A DNA stretch of 64,000 nt from NCBI GenBank assembly GCA_965223565.1, contig CBDCWV010000010.1, forward strand, positions 110,927 to 174,926, read 5' to 3'. Shown in pieces: positions 47,560 to 56,764 of this stretch (the first letter of the stretch is position 1; each line of letters opens with the position of its first letter). The translations under genes were made by a program, and so were the position numbers. This DNA is from Myxococcota bacterium. GTDB taxonomy: Bacteria; Myxococcota_A; UBA9160; UBA4427. The notes under the pieces were generated by a model. The model was not told where the DNA came from and did not search any database. It saw nothing but the letters and a program-made list of their open reading frames with translations.

Positions 47560-48342
47560 CTAATTGGCTGCGCGATTGATCCCCGCGGCGCCCGAGTAGA
47601 TCGCTCCCACGGCAGTGGCGCCGCTCAGGATCGGCTGGAACGGGAAGAGCACCATCTGGACGGCGTAGCCGATCTTCGCGAGCACGGTCGGGGGAACGAC
47701 GATCAGGTCACCCTCGGCGACCACGATATTCGTCGAGAGGTCGCCCTCCTGGATGTCACCCAGACGCACGTGGAAGATCTGGGTCTCGCCACCCTGGGCG
47801 CGGATCACGCGAACCTTGTTGAGCGCCGCGAAGGGGCGGGCACCCCCGACCTGGCCGATCGCCTCCGACACGCGCGTCTCGGTTGCCAGAGGGAAGATTC
47901 CCGGCGCGGTCACCTCGCCGTAGATCGTGACGAACTGGCTGGGTGAATCGACGACGGTCACGTTCACGACGGCGTCCCGCTTGAAGCGGCCGATCTGCTG
48001 CTGGATCTCCTGCGCGATCTGCAAGGGTGTGCGGCCACCCGCCTGAACGTCGCCGATCAGATCGATCGAGATCTTGCCGTCCGAGCGGACGCGCACCTCG
48101 CGCTCGATGACGGGCTCCGGCAGGACGTGGATCTGCAACAGGTCGGGCGCCCCGACGATGTAGCCGGGGATCTTCGGTGCGGCCGGCGGAGGCTGCGGCC
48201 GCGTCGCGCAGCCGGCGGGCGCCAGCAGGAGCGAGAGGCTCACGACGGCGGCCAGGATTCGCTCCCCGACGCCGTGACCGACGGATGTTGGCAGAAGGCC
48301 CTGGCTCAGGGCCTGTGGCACGGCCCGAAATCTCTGCGACAC
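47560..48342 (-). CDS. Polysaccharide export lipoprotein (Wza/Poly_export + SLBB)
   Basis: Lipobox APAGC, YIVGAPDLLQI, VRSDGKISIDLIG, GEVTAPG, GDLIVVP. Confidence 0.9.
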   Translation of the reverse strand: MSQRFRAVPQALSQGLLPTSVGHGVGERILAAVVSLSLLLAPAGCATRPQPPPAAPKIPGYIVGAPDLLQIHVLPEPVIEREVRVRSDGKISIDLIGDVQAGGRTPLQIAQEIQQQIGRFKRDAVVNVTVVDSPSQFVTIYGEVTAPGIFPLATETRVSEAIGQVGGARPFAALNKVRVIRAQGGETQIFHVRLGDIQEGDLSTNIVVAEGDLIVVPPTVLAKIGYAVQMVLFPFQPILSGATAVGAIYSGAAGINRAAN

Positions 48343-48477
48343 GATCGTTCCCCCGAGCGTTTTCCGGGCACACGCGCGAAAGCGCGGGCCGGGCGTACGC
48401 TATCGAGTTCTCGGGGGGGATCGCAACTCGTGGAACATCGGGTCGATCGCGACGGGATTGGGCTCGTCGGCGGGCTG

Positions 48478-48783
48478 CTAGTCCTTCACGATCACGAACC
48501 GGAACAGGGTCTGTCCGACCTGGATCCGATCTCCCTCCGAGAGGGGGGCAGAACGGACCCGTTTTCCGTTCAGCTTCGTGCCGTTCGTCGAGGCGAGATC
48601 CTCGATCACGTAGCCCGGCGCCTCCTCGTCGAAGAGCACCATCGCGTGCTCGCGGCTGATGCCCTCGTCGAGCAGCGTGATGCCCGTCGTCGGGTTGCGG
48701 CCGATCACGACCTCGTCCTCGCCGAGGTCATAGGTCATGCCCTCGAACCCGCCGTTCAGGATTTCGAGCCGTCCCGTGCTCAT
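48478..48783 (-). CDS. Stand-alone FHA domain protein
   Basis: IGR, ISREHA, DLASTNGT, GDRIQVG. Confidence 0.92.
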   Translation of the reverse strand: MSTGRLEILNGGFEGMTYDLGEDEVVIGRNPTTGITLLDEGISREHAMVLFDEEAPGYVIEDLASTNGTKLNGKRVRSAPLSEGDRIQVGQTLFRFVIVKD

Positions 48784-48921
48784 CACGCCTCCCGATCGCC
48801 CTGTTGGTGGAAGCCCGCATCCGGATCTGCGGCGCTTCGCGGCGACCGACGGCCTCGTATCGGCCGGCGGCGACAGCGGCTTGAATCGCCAGCGTCCCTC
48901 CAGCTGCCCGCTTGATCCGTC

Positions 48922-49737
48922 TCAGCCGTCGAGCGGGAGCCGACGGTGGTCGAGCGCCGGAATCGCCTGGCGGACCCGATCGATCTCCGCCGCGTCGCAC
49001 TCGGCGACCAGGACGGTGGGTGCATCGCCCGCCTGGGCGATCACGAGCCCCCACGGATCGATCACGAGCGAGCGCCCGTGGCTCGCGCGATCCGGTCCGT
49101 GTCGGCCGCACTGTGCCGGTGCGATCACGAAGCACTGGTTCTCGATCGCACGCGCTCGCAGCAGCACCTCCCAGTGGTCCTTACCGGTCTCGCGCGTGAA
49201 CGCACTCGGGACGACCAGCCAGCGAGCGCCCTGCAGCGTCAAGGCACGATAGAGCTCCGGGAATCGCAGGTCGTAGCAGATGCTCAGGCCGACCGGTCCA
49301 AAGGGGGTCTGCGCGAGCGCGAGTGCATCGCCCGGCGCGAAATGCGTCGACTCGCGGTAGGCGTCCTCGGCGTCGGGGCCGAGCGTCACGTCGAAGAGGT
49401 GAACCTTACGGTAGCGCGCCAGCTCCTCACCTTCGGGCGAGAGGAGCACGCTCGTGTTGAAGACGCGCGGATCATCCGGAATCGCCTCGGGGAAGCTACC
49501 ACCGAGGAGCCAGATGCCGAAACGACGCGCCCAATCCCGCAAGGCGCGGACGATCTCGCCGTCCGGACCCTGAGCACAGGGGAAGCGCCCGCCCTCGCGG
49601 CGCATAAAGGCAAAGTTCTCGGGCAAGCAGACGAAGGACGCACCGCGCGCGACGGCCTCGTCGATTCCCGATTCGGCACGTGCGAGATTGGCGGGCAGGT
49701 CATCGTCGGCGGAGACTTGAACGATCGCGACGCGCAT
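48922..49737 (-). CDS. Carbon-nitrogen hydrolase (Nit1-like)
   Basis: LPEN, YRKVHLF, ICYDLRFPE, RAIENQ, GRSLVIDPWG. Confidence 0.93.
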   Translation of the reverse strand: MRVAIVQVSADDDLPANLARAESGIDEAVARGASFVCLPENFAFMRREGGRFPCAQGPDGEIVRALRDWARRFGIWLLGGSFPEAIPDDPRVFNTSVLLSPEGEELARYRKVHLFDVTLGPDAEDAYRESTHFAPGDALALAQTPFGPVGLSICYDLRFPELYRALTLQGARWLVVPSAFTRETGKDHWEVLLRARAIENQCFVIAPAQCGRHGPDRASHGRSLVIDPWGLVIAQAGDAPTVLVAECDAAEIDRVRQAIPALDHRRLPLDG

Positions 49738-49860
49738 ATTCCGTCCGAACCGCCCGACCCCCGCCCCAACACCGTCCACCTGGCACCGGGACGAAGCCCG
49801 ATCCGGGCCGACCGGTTTCAGGCGCTGCGGATCGCCAGATGCAGCAGCTCGCGCCCGGGG

Positions 49861-50967
49861 TCAGCCTCGGAACTGGCCCGGGTCGACGCCGGTCCGCCGG
49901 ATCACGTCGTAGAAATCCTTGCGATCCTTCTTGGCCATTCGTGCCGCGCGACTGATATTGCCCGAGCAACGTCGCAGCAGGCCTTCGACGTAGCGCGTCT
50001 CGAATGCCCGCTTGGCGTCCTTGAACGAGGGCACCTCCTCGCCCTCGGTCGACAACATCAGCGCCTCCGCCGAGATCGCCGCCTGGCCCGCGAGTCCGAT
50101 CGCCTGACGGATGCGCTCGCGCAGCTCGCGAACGTTGCCCGTCCAGGGCTCTTCGATCAGCCAGCGCCGGGCGTCGGCGGTGAAGCCGACCGGCTCGATC
50201 GATTCCTCCGCCGCGAACTCCGCCAGGAAGTGGGCGGCCAGTGGCAGGATATCCTCCGTACGGTCGGCCAGCGGCGCGATCCGGATCCGCTCGCCACCCA
50301 ACGCCGAGAGCGTCGAGAGGGCAGCCGAGGTGCTGGCACTCGCGTCGCGACCGTCGCTCCCCGATTCCGTATCCCCGACGGTGAGTAGCAGTCGCGTTCG
50401 TGTGGCCGAGCCCGACGCCGCGCGCATGGCTTCGACCAGGCGGGTGAGGGTGCCGGGGCTGAGCTGATCCGCCGACTCGAGAAGCAGGGAGCCCCCCTGT
50501 GCCTGCGAGAGCCCACCCGGCGCAGTACCGTCACCGAAGAGCTCACGCGTCTGGGCCGGCTCGCTCAGCCCAGCCAGCTGGAGCTCGACGAGCGGTGCAC
50601 CGGCGCGCGGACTCCACTGATGAATCGCGCGCGCGACGTGGCGCCGACCGACGCCGCTCGCACCGGCGATCGTGACGACTTCGTCCGAGCGAGCAATCCC
50701 ACTGGCCTGGTTGGAGACTTCCTGCATCGCCGCACTCGCCGCGACGATCCGATCCCCCCGGCGCCGGCCCGTCGTGCGCCCGGCGCCGTCCGTCGCTCCG
50801 ACTGGAGTGGCTCCGGCGTCGGCCGTGCCCAGGCGCTGGCCCGAATGTTGCCCGGGCTGCTGACCACTGCTGGCACGGGCGGAGCCGCTCGCGTCGACCC
50901 GTTGGCCCGTGGTGGTCTCGACCGGCGCGGAGCCGCTGACTCGGATATTCGATTGATGCTCGGACAT
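49861..50967 (-). CDS. Degenerate sigma54-activator (bEBP)-like AAA+ protein with Fis-type HTH
   Basis: VARAIH, ELFG, WTGNVREL and GNISRAAR are retained. Walker A/B and GAFTGA are degenerate. Confidence 0.75.
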   Translation of the reverse strand: MSEHQSNIRVSGSAPVETTTGQRVDASGSARASSGQQPGQHSGQRLGTADAGATPVGATDGAGRTTGRRRGDRIVAASAAMQEVSNQASGIARSDEVVTIAGASGVGRRHVARAIHQWSPRAGAPLVELQLAGLSEPAQTRELFGDGTAPGGLSQAQGGSLLLESADQLSPGTLTRLVEAMRAASGSATRTRLLLTVGDTESGSDGRDASASTSAALSTLSALGGERIRIAPLADRTEDILPLAAHFLAEFAAEESIEPVGFTADARRWLIEEPWTGNVRELRERIRQAIGLAGQAAISAEALMLSTEGEEVPSFKDAKRAFETRYVEGLLRRCSGNISRAARMAKKDRKDFYDVIRRTGVDPGQFRG

Positions 50968-51003
50968 GGCACGAAGCCCCCAGGTATGATCGTGACCGAA
51001 CCA

Positions 51004-51154
51004 GAAGTATTGGGATTCCGGAGGTTTGTCAATGCTTATTGCGGGTCAATTTCCGCTTCGACCGCTCTCGCTCGGCTCATTGGGCCCCCGGCCTATCCTG
51101 AATCGCTACGAGCCAGGCAAAAAATTGACGCGGAATCAGAGCGATGTTACCCCG
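51004..51154. promoter_or_regulatory. Candidate divergent sigma70-type promoters
   Basis: Minus strand: TTGACA (51027-51032)-17 nt-TACTTC. Plus strand: TTGACG (51126-51131)-17 nt-TACCCC with TG extension. AT-rich. The -10 matches are weak. Confidence 0.4.
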
Positions 51155-51238
51155 CGGCCACGGGTCGATGGAAAATATCTCGTTCGGAGTCATGATGCGA
51201 ATCCCCCACTCTTCTAGACCTGGCGCGGCTCCGGCGCG

Positions 51239-53152
51239 GTGAGCGCGGTCACCGAAAAGGGTCGAATTCGGCTGCTCTCCGACGCCCTGGTCGACCAGAT
51301 CGCGGCGGGGGAGGTCGTCGAACGCCCGGCCTCGGTCGTGAAGGAGCTGGTCGAGAACAGCCTCGACGCCGAGGCGCAGAAGATCCGGGTCGAGGTGCGC
51401 GACGGCGGGGCGGCGCTCGTCGCCGTGGCCGACGATGGCCTCGGGATGACACCTCAGGAGCTTCCCATGGCGCTGCAGCGCCACGCGACGAGCAAGCTCG
51501 GCTCGGCGGCCGATCTGATGCGGATCTCGAGCTTCGGCTTTCGCGGCGAGGCTTTGCCGGCGATCGCGTCGGTCTCCCGATTCCGCATCGTCAGTCGCGC
51601 AAGGGGTGCCTCGTCCGGCTACGAGATCGTCTGCGAGGCGGGCGAGATCGTTCGGGAACGCGAGGTGGGCGGTCCCGAGGGCACACGGATCGAGGTCGCC
51701 GATCTCTTTGCGTCCGTTCCGGCGCGACGGAAATTCCTGAAGCGTCCCGGAACCGAGTGGGGTCATATCGCCGACTGGCTCGGCCGGCTCGCGCTGGTCC
51801 GACCCGAGATCCACCTCGAGATGCAACGGGACGATCGCAAGGCCCACGTCTGGCCGGCCTGCGAGAATCCACGCGACCGGATCGCGATGGTGCTCTCGGA
51901 GCAGGACGCGGCGGCGCTGATCGAGGTCGACCACGTGACGCCCGAGGCGCACGTCACGGGATTCGTCTCGACACCCGAACGCACGCGGCCGAACGGGCAG
52001 GCGCTCCATCTCTTCGTGAATGGTCGGCCCGTGCGGGATCGCTTGCTACGCCACGCGCTCGTCGAGGCCTATCGCGATCTGCTGCCACGCGGTCGCTTCC
52101 CGGTCGCCGTGCTCTTCGTGCAGGTGCCGGCGGAGTCGGTCGACGTCAACGTCCATCCAGCGAAGTGGGAGGTGCGCTTCAGTGATCCCCGCGCGATCCA
52201 CCGGGCCATCCGGCACGCCGTGCGCGAAGCGATCGCGACGCGCAGCTGGCTCGGTCGGGGTGCGAGCGGCCGCGGGACGCCGCGGGCATCGGATGCGTCC
52301 CCGGCTGCCGCCGGGCGACGCGTCGGCCCGCAGCACGATACGCCGCGACTCGCGCCGGGCTCGAACGGGGGCGAATCCGCGGACGACTGGATCTTCGCCG
52401 GCCAGGCGAGCTCGCGGCGCGACGACCGATCGGCGGAGCGCGGGCGGCCAGCGCCGGCGGGAAGCGGGGCGGACCTTTGGCGGGAGCGGCCCGAGCCCGG
52501 CCATGACGCCGATCCGACGCGCGCGGCGGGCAGCAGAGCGCCGGTGGCCTCGTTCGGCGCGCTCCCGCTTCTCGGCCAGCTGCGCGCGAGCTACCTGCTG
52601 GCCGAGAGCGACCAGGGCTTGATGGTGATCGATCAGCACGCCGCGCACGAACGCATCCTCTACGAGGGACTTCGCAAGCGCTGGCTCGAGCGCGGCGTCC
52701 AGACGCAGGGACTCCTCAGCCCGGTTGCGGTCGAGCTGTCGGCGCGGTCGATCGCCGCGCTCGTCGAGGTGGGCGACCTGGTGGCGCGACTCGGTTTCGA
52801 GATCGAGCCCTTCGGCGAGGACGCCGTGCTCGTACGCGGGATTCCGGCCGAGGTCGCTGGACAGGACGTCGGCGAGCTCGTGACGGAGCTCGCGAGTGCA
52901 CTCGAGGAAGTCGAGCGCGACGACCAGACCGACGCGAGCGCGGTACGCTGGCTCCCGAGTCTCGATCGCCTGTTCGCGACGCTCGCCTGCCACTCGGCAC
53001 GACGTTTCGGCGACCGACTGCCGGAGGCAGAGCAGCGCGCCATCCTCGAGGGCCTCGACACGATCCCGTGGGCTCCCACCTGTCCCCATGGTCGGCCCGT
53101 CGCGATCCTCGTCTCCCACGACGATCTCGAGCTGCGCTTTCGACGGCGATAG
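51239..53152 (+). CDS. mutL: DNA mismatch repair protein MutL
   Basis: IAAGEVVERPASVVKELVENSLDA, GFRGEAL, DQHAAHER, CPHGRP. Confidence 0.97.
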   Translation: MSAVTEKGRIRLLSDALVDQIAAGEVVERPASVVKELVENSLDAEAQKIRVEVRDGGAALVAVADDGLGMTPQELPMALQRHATSKLGSAADLMRISSFGFRGEALPAIASVSRFRIVSRARGASSGYEIVCEAGEIVREREVGGPEGTRIEVADLFASVPARRKFLKRPGTEWGHIADWLGRLALVRPEIHLEMQRDDRKAHVWPACENPRDRIAMVLSEQDAAALIEVDHVTPEAHVTGFVSTPERTRPNGQALHLFVNGRPVRDRLLRHALVEAYRDLLPRGRFPVAVLFVQVPAESVDVNVHPAKWEVRFSDPRAIHRAIRHAVREAIATRSWLGRGASGRGTPRASDASPAAAGRRVGPQHDTPRLAPGSNGGESADDWIFAGQASSRRDDRSAERGRPAPAGSGADLWRERPEPGHDADPTRAAGSRAPVASFGALPLLGQLRASYLLAESDQGLMVIDQHAAHERILYEGLRKRWLERGVQTQGLLSPVAVELSARSIAALVEVGDLVARLGFEIEPFGEDAVLVRGIPAEVAGQDVGELVTELASALEEVERDDQTDASAVRWLPSLDRLFATLACHSARRFGDRLPEAEQRAILEGLDTIPWAPTCPHGRPVAILVSHDDLELRFRRR

Positions 53153-53173
53153 CCAGTACCGTTGGCGGCTCCC

Positions 53174-54289
53174 ATGGCTTCCGATTCCGAAACAGCAGCG
53201 GCGGAACACGCCGAAACGTTCGCGAGCAGGCACGCTCCGGCGTCACCGCGGCCTCCCGTCGTGGTGATCACGGGCCCGACAGCCTCGGGCAAGAGTGATC
53301 TCGCGCTCTCCCTGGCCGAACGCCACGGCGGCGAGATCGTGAATGCCGATTCGATGCAGGTCTTCCGATACATGGATATCGGGACCGCCAAGCCCTCGCT
53401 CGAAGAGCGTCGCCGCGTGCCGCACCACCTCTTCGACGTCGTCGACCCGGACCAGGAGTACAGCGCCGGTCGTTATGCCAAGGAGGCGCGGGCAGCCGCC
53501 GCGTCGATCCATGCCCGCAGTCGGCCCGTCTTCCTGACCGGCGGTACCGGACTCTATATCCGCGCCTTCCTCGACGGCCTGATCGAAACCGGCCAGGCCG
53601 ACCCCGTGCTGCGTCGGCGGCTCGAGAACGAGCATGCGCGCGCGGTCGGGGAGGGCGATCCGACGCGCCTACACCGAAGGCTGGCGGAGCAGGATGCGGA
53701 CGCGGCGGATCGCATCCATCCGAACGACGTGCGCCGCACCGTGCGCGCCCTCGAGATCCTGGCGCAGTCGGGCGTCCCGGCGTCCCGCGTGCGCCAGGCG
53801 CACGGGTTCGGCGATCGCCCGTTTCGGGTGCTACATCTCGCGATCGACCCCGGCCGGCGCACGCTGACCGCGCGCATCGACCGCCGCGTCGACGCCATGA
53901 TCGAAGCGGGCCTGCTTCGCGAGGTCCGGGATTTGCGCGAGCGCGGCTACGGCCCCGAGCTGAAACCGATGCAGGCGATCGGCTACCGGCATATCCAGCC
54001 CGTCGTCGATGGCGCGGATATCCTGGCGAACGCCGCCGCCGCGATGAAGGTCGATACGCGGCGCTTCGCCCGGCGCCAACGGACCTGGATCCGCGCCGTG
54101 CCGGACGTCTACTGGCACGACCCGCGTGAGCCTCGGGCGATCGAGCGCCGCGTGGCTGCCTTCCTTGCGCACGAGGGTGGCAAGAGCGACGGCGAGCCAG
54201 TCGAACAGGAGGGCGCTCACGACGAGGCGAAGAGCCCGGAGCGGGGCGCGGCGGTCGCGCGCGCTGCGCGTGTCGCCGGTCCGTCGTGA
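53174..54289 (+). CDS. miaA: tRNA dimethylallyltransferase
   Basis: GPTASGKS, NADSMQV, DIGTAKP, GGTGLY, AIGY, FARRQRTW. Confidence 0.96.
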   Translation: MASDSETAAAEHAETFASRHAPASPRPPVVVITGPTASGKSDLALSLAERHGGEIVNADSMQVFRYMDIGTAKPSLEERRRVPHHLFDVVDPDQEYSAGRYAKEARAAAASIHARSRPVFLTGGTGLYIRAFLDGLIETGQADPVLRRRLENEHARAVGEGDPTRLHRRLAEQDADAADRIHPNDVRRTVRALEILAQSGVPASRVRQAHGFGDRPFRVLHLAIDPGRRTLTARIDRRVDAMIEAGLLREVRDLRERGYGPELKPMQAIGYRHIQPVVDGADILANAAAAMKVDTRRFARRQRTWIRAVPDVYWHDPREPRAIERRVAAFLAHEGGKSDGEPVEQEGAHDEAKSPERGAAVARAARVAGPS

Positions 54290-55671
54290 GTGAAGGGTCC
54301 GCGACGCGTATTCCGATCGTGGCCCTGGTCGGTCGCCCGAACGTCGGCAAGTCGACGCTCTTCAATCGTTATGCCGGCCAGCGCCGGGCACTCGTCGCCG
54401 ACGAGCCGGGGCTGACACGCGACCGCCTCGTCGTGCGCACGGAGATCGGGGGTCGCTCGATCTGGCTCGTCGACACGGCGGGTCTCGATCGGGCGGCGAG
54501 CGCGGGGCTCGAAGGGGCGGTCCAGGATCAGGCGCGCAGCGCCGTCGAGCGCGCGGACGTGATTCTGTTCGTGGTCGATGGGAAGCAGGGCCTCGTCCCG
54601 GAGGACGAGGCGATCGCGACCCGGCTGCGTCGCTCGGGCAAGCCGCTCGCGCTGCTCGTCAACAAGATCGATCAGCCGCTGCACCATGGCGCGCGTCTGC
54701 ACGAATTCTACCGACTCGGTGTCGAACGAACCTACGCAGTCTCCGCCGAGCACGGCGGCGGCGTCTTCGACGCACTCGAACAGGTGCTGGCCGCGCTGCC
54801 AGAGGTCTTCGTCGGTACGACGGGCTCGGAAGAGACGATAGGCGCCACGCGGATCGCGATCGTCGGCCGACCGAACGTCGGCAAGAGCTCGATTGCCAAT
54901 CGATTGGCCGGCGAGGAACGCGTCGTCGTGTCCGAGCGCCCCGGCACGACGCGAGACGCCATCGACATCGCGCTGCGTCACGGCGACGACGACTACGTGC
55001 TCGTCGATACTGCCGGTCTACGCAAGGTCGGGCGGCGACAGGGACCGGGCGAGCACGGCGGCGCCTGGATGACGCTCCGCCAGCTCGAACGCGCCGACGT
55101 GGCCCTGCTCGTCGTCGACGCCGCAGAGGGAATCGCCGATCAGGATGCACGCGTCGCGTCGCTGCTGCGCGACAATGGTTGTGCCGCGCTCGTGCTCGCC
55201 AACAAATGGGATCGCGTCGAGCGCGATCGACGGCGTGACGTGTTGGCCGAGATTGCGCACGGCCTACGCTTCATGTCCGACGTGCCGATCGTGCCGGTAT
55301 CGGCCCGGACCGGCGCCGGCTTCCGCTCGCTCTTTGGCCGGCTCGGCGCCGTCGCGGCCGCAGCCGAGACGCGGATTCCCACGGCCGACCTGAATCGCTG
55401 GCTCGCGGACGTCGTCGAGAAGCACCCGCCCGCGATGGCCAGCAAGGGCGCGCGTCGGCGTCCGAACAAGCTCTTCTACGCCTCGCAGGTGGGTGTTCGG
55501 CCCCCGACGATCGTCGTCTTCTGCAGCGACCCCAAGGCGATCCAGACCGCCTACGTGCGATTCCTCGAGAACCAGCTGCGGGAGAGCTTCGGATTCGTGG
55601 GCACGCCGGTTCGCGTGCGCCTGCGCAAACGCAGCCCAGGCAAGCGCGAACAGCGAGAGACGGGCGCATAG
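54286..55671 (+). CDS. der: Ribosome biogenesis GTPase Der (EngA)
   Basis: Two G domains (GRPNVGKS twice, DTAG twice, NKID/NKWD) and KH-like C-terminus (YVRFLEN). Confidence 0.96.
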   Translation: MSEGSATRIPIVALVGRPNVGKSTLFNRYAGQRRALVADEPGLTRDRLVVRTEIGGRSIWLVDTAGLDRAASAGLEGAVQDQARSAVERADVILFVVDGKQGLVPEDEAIATRLRRSGKPLALLVNKIDQPLHHGARLHEFYRLGVERTYAVSAEHGGGVFDALEQVLAALPEVFVGTTGSEETIGATRIAIVGRPNVGKSSIANRLAGEERVVVSERPGTTRDAIDIALRHGDDDYVLVDTAGLRKVGRRQGPGEHGGAWMTLRQLERADVALLVVDAAEGIADQDARVASLLRDNGCAALVLANKWDRVERDRRRDVLAEIAHGLRFMSDVPIVPVSARTGAGFRSLFGRLGAVAAAAETRIPTADLNRWLADVVEKHPPAMASKGARRRPNKLFYASQVGVRPPTIVVFCSDPKAIQTAYVRFLENQLRESFGFVGTPVRVRLRKRSPGKREQRETGA

Positions 55672-55764
55672 CGGGTCCGGGCGGTCGCTCGGGACTCGAA
55701 CTCGCGAATCGCTCCGATACACTCCCGCGCGCGCGGGTTTCGCGCTGAGAGGACGAATCGCCGC

Positions 55765-56511
55765 GTGGCCCAGAAAAAGAGACGCAAGAACCCGAACCCG
55801 ACCGCCGAGACTCTGCGCGACCTCGAGGAGTCGGGCGACCGACTGGCACAGTGGGCAGCCGATCATGCGCTGTTGATTCTCGGCGTGATCGCGGCCCTGC
55901 TGGTGCTCGCAGGCGGGGTGGGTCTCTACACCCAACACGGCGAGACCGAGCGGGACGAGGCAGCCGATGCATTGGCGCTCGCGTCGAGTCAGTATCGGCA
56001 GGCGATGGGCGCCGACCCGGTCGGCGGGCCGATTCCCGAGCCCGCCAACCCGGAGCTCGCAGAACGCACGCGCAGCGAGTTCGTCGAACGCTTCAAGCGG
56101 GTCGCCACGGCCCACACGGGTACGACGTCGGGCGCGATCGCCTGGCTCGAGGCAGGCCAGCTCGAGAGCGAGCTGGGGCGCCTCGAGGACGCAGCCGGCA
56201 GCTTCGTCAAGGCGCGTGACGCGGTGCCCGGATCTGCCGTGGCCGCACTCGGCGCGGTCCGACTTGCGGGCCTGGCCGAAGATCGCGGTGATTTCGCCGT
56301 GGCCGCCGAAGCCTATGAGGCTGCGACGAAAATCGAGGACTATCCGCTGCGAGCCGGTGCGCTGGCGGACGCGGCAAGGACCTGGGCTGCCGCCGGTGAG
56401 ACCGAGCGGGCAATCGCCGCGTACCAGCGCCTCGAGAGCGAGTTCCCCGACACCCGAATCCCACCGCCAGTGACGGCGCTGATCTCGGAGCTGCGGCTCG
56501 CGCAGGACTGA
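55765..56511 (+). CDS. Membrane-anchored TPR protein (YfgM-like)
   Basis: Single TM followed by TPR-like helical repeats. Confidence 0.7.
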   Translation: MAQKKRRKNPNPTAETLRDLEESGDRLAQWAADHALLILGVIAALLVLAGGVGLYTQHGETERDEAADALALASSQYRQAMGADPVGGPIPEPANPELAERTRSEFVERFKRVATAHTGTTSGAIAWLEAGQLESELGRLEDAAGSFVKARDAVPGSAVAALGAVRLAGLAEDRGDFAVAAEAYEAATKIEDYPLRAGALADAARTWAAAGETERAIAAYQRLESEFPDTRIPPPVTALISELRLAQD

Positions 56512-56713
56512 GCGGCCGCATTCGGGAGCCGGAGCGGCGAGACGGCAGGGTCGAGCCCGATTGCTCGTAGCCGGCGTGCCCCCCCTGACTCTCACCACCG
56601 ATAAGATAGATTATGTAAACTAGAAATCCGGGGTGCAGGCACCCGCGCGGCGCGCGACGGCCCCTGCGTCCTGGCGACCCCTGGCCCGATCAGTCCCGAG
56701 CGGCTACAAGCAC

Positions 56714-56744
56714 GTCGTTTCGTGTACCGCGAAACGACCTTTTT
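56714..56744 (+). terminator. Intrinsic terminator-like hairpin
   Basis: GTCGTTTCG-7 nt-CGAAACGAC (9 bp perfect stem) followed by CTTTTT. Confidence 0.55.
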
Positions 56745-56764
56745 CAGCCCGTGGAGAGGACTGA

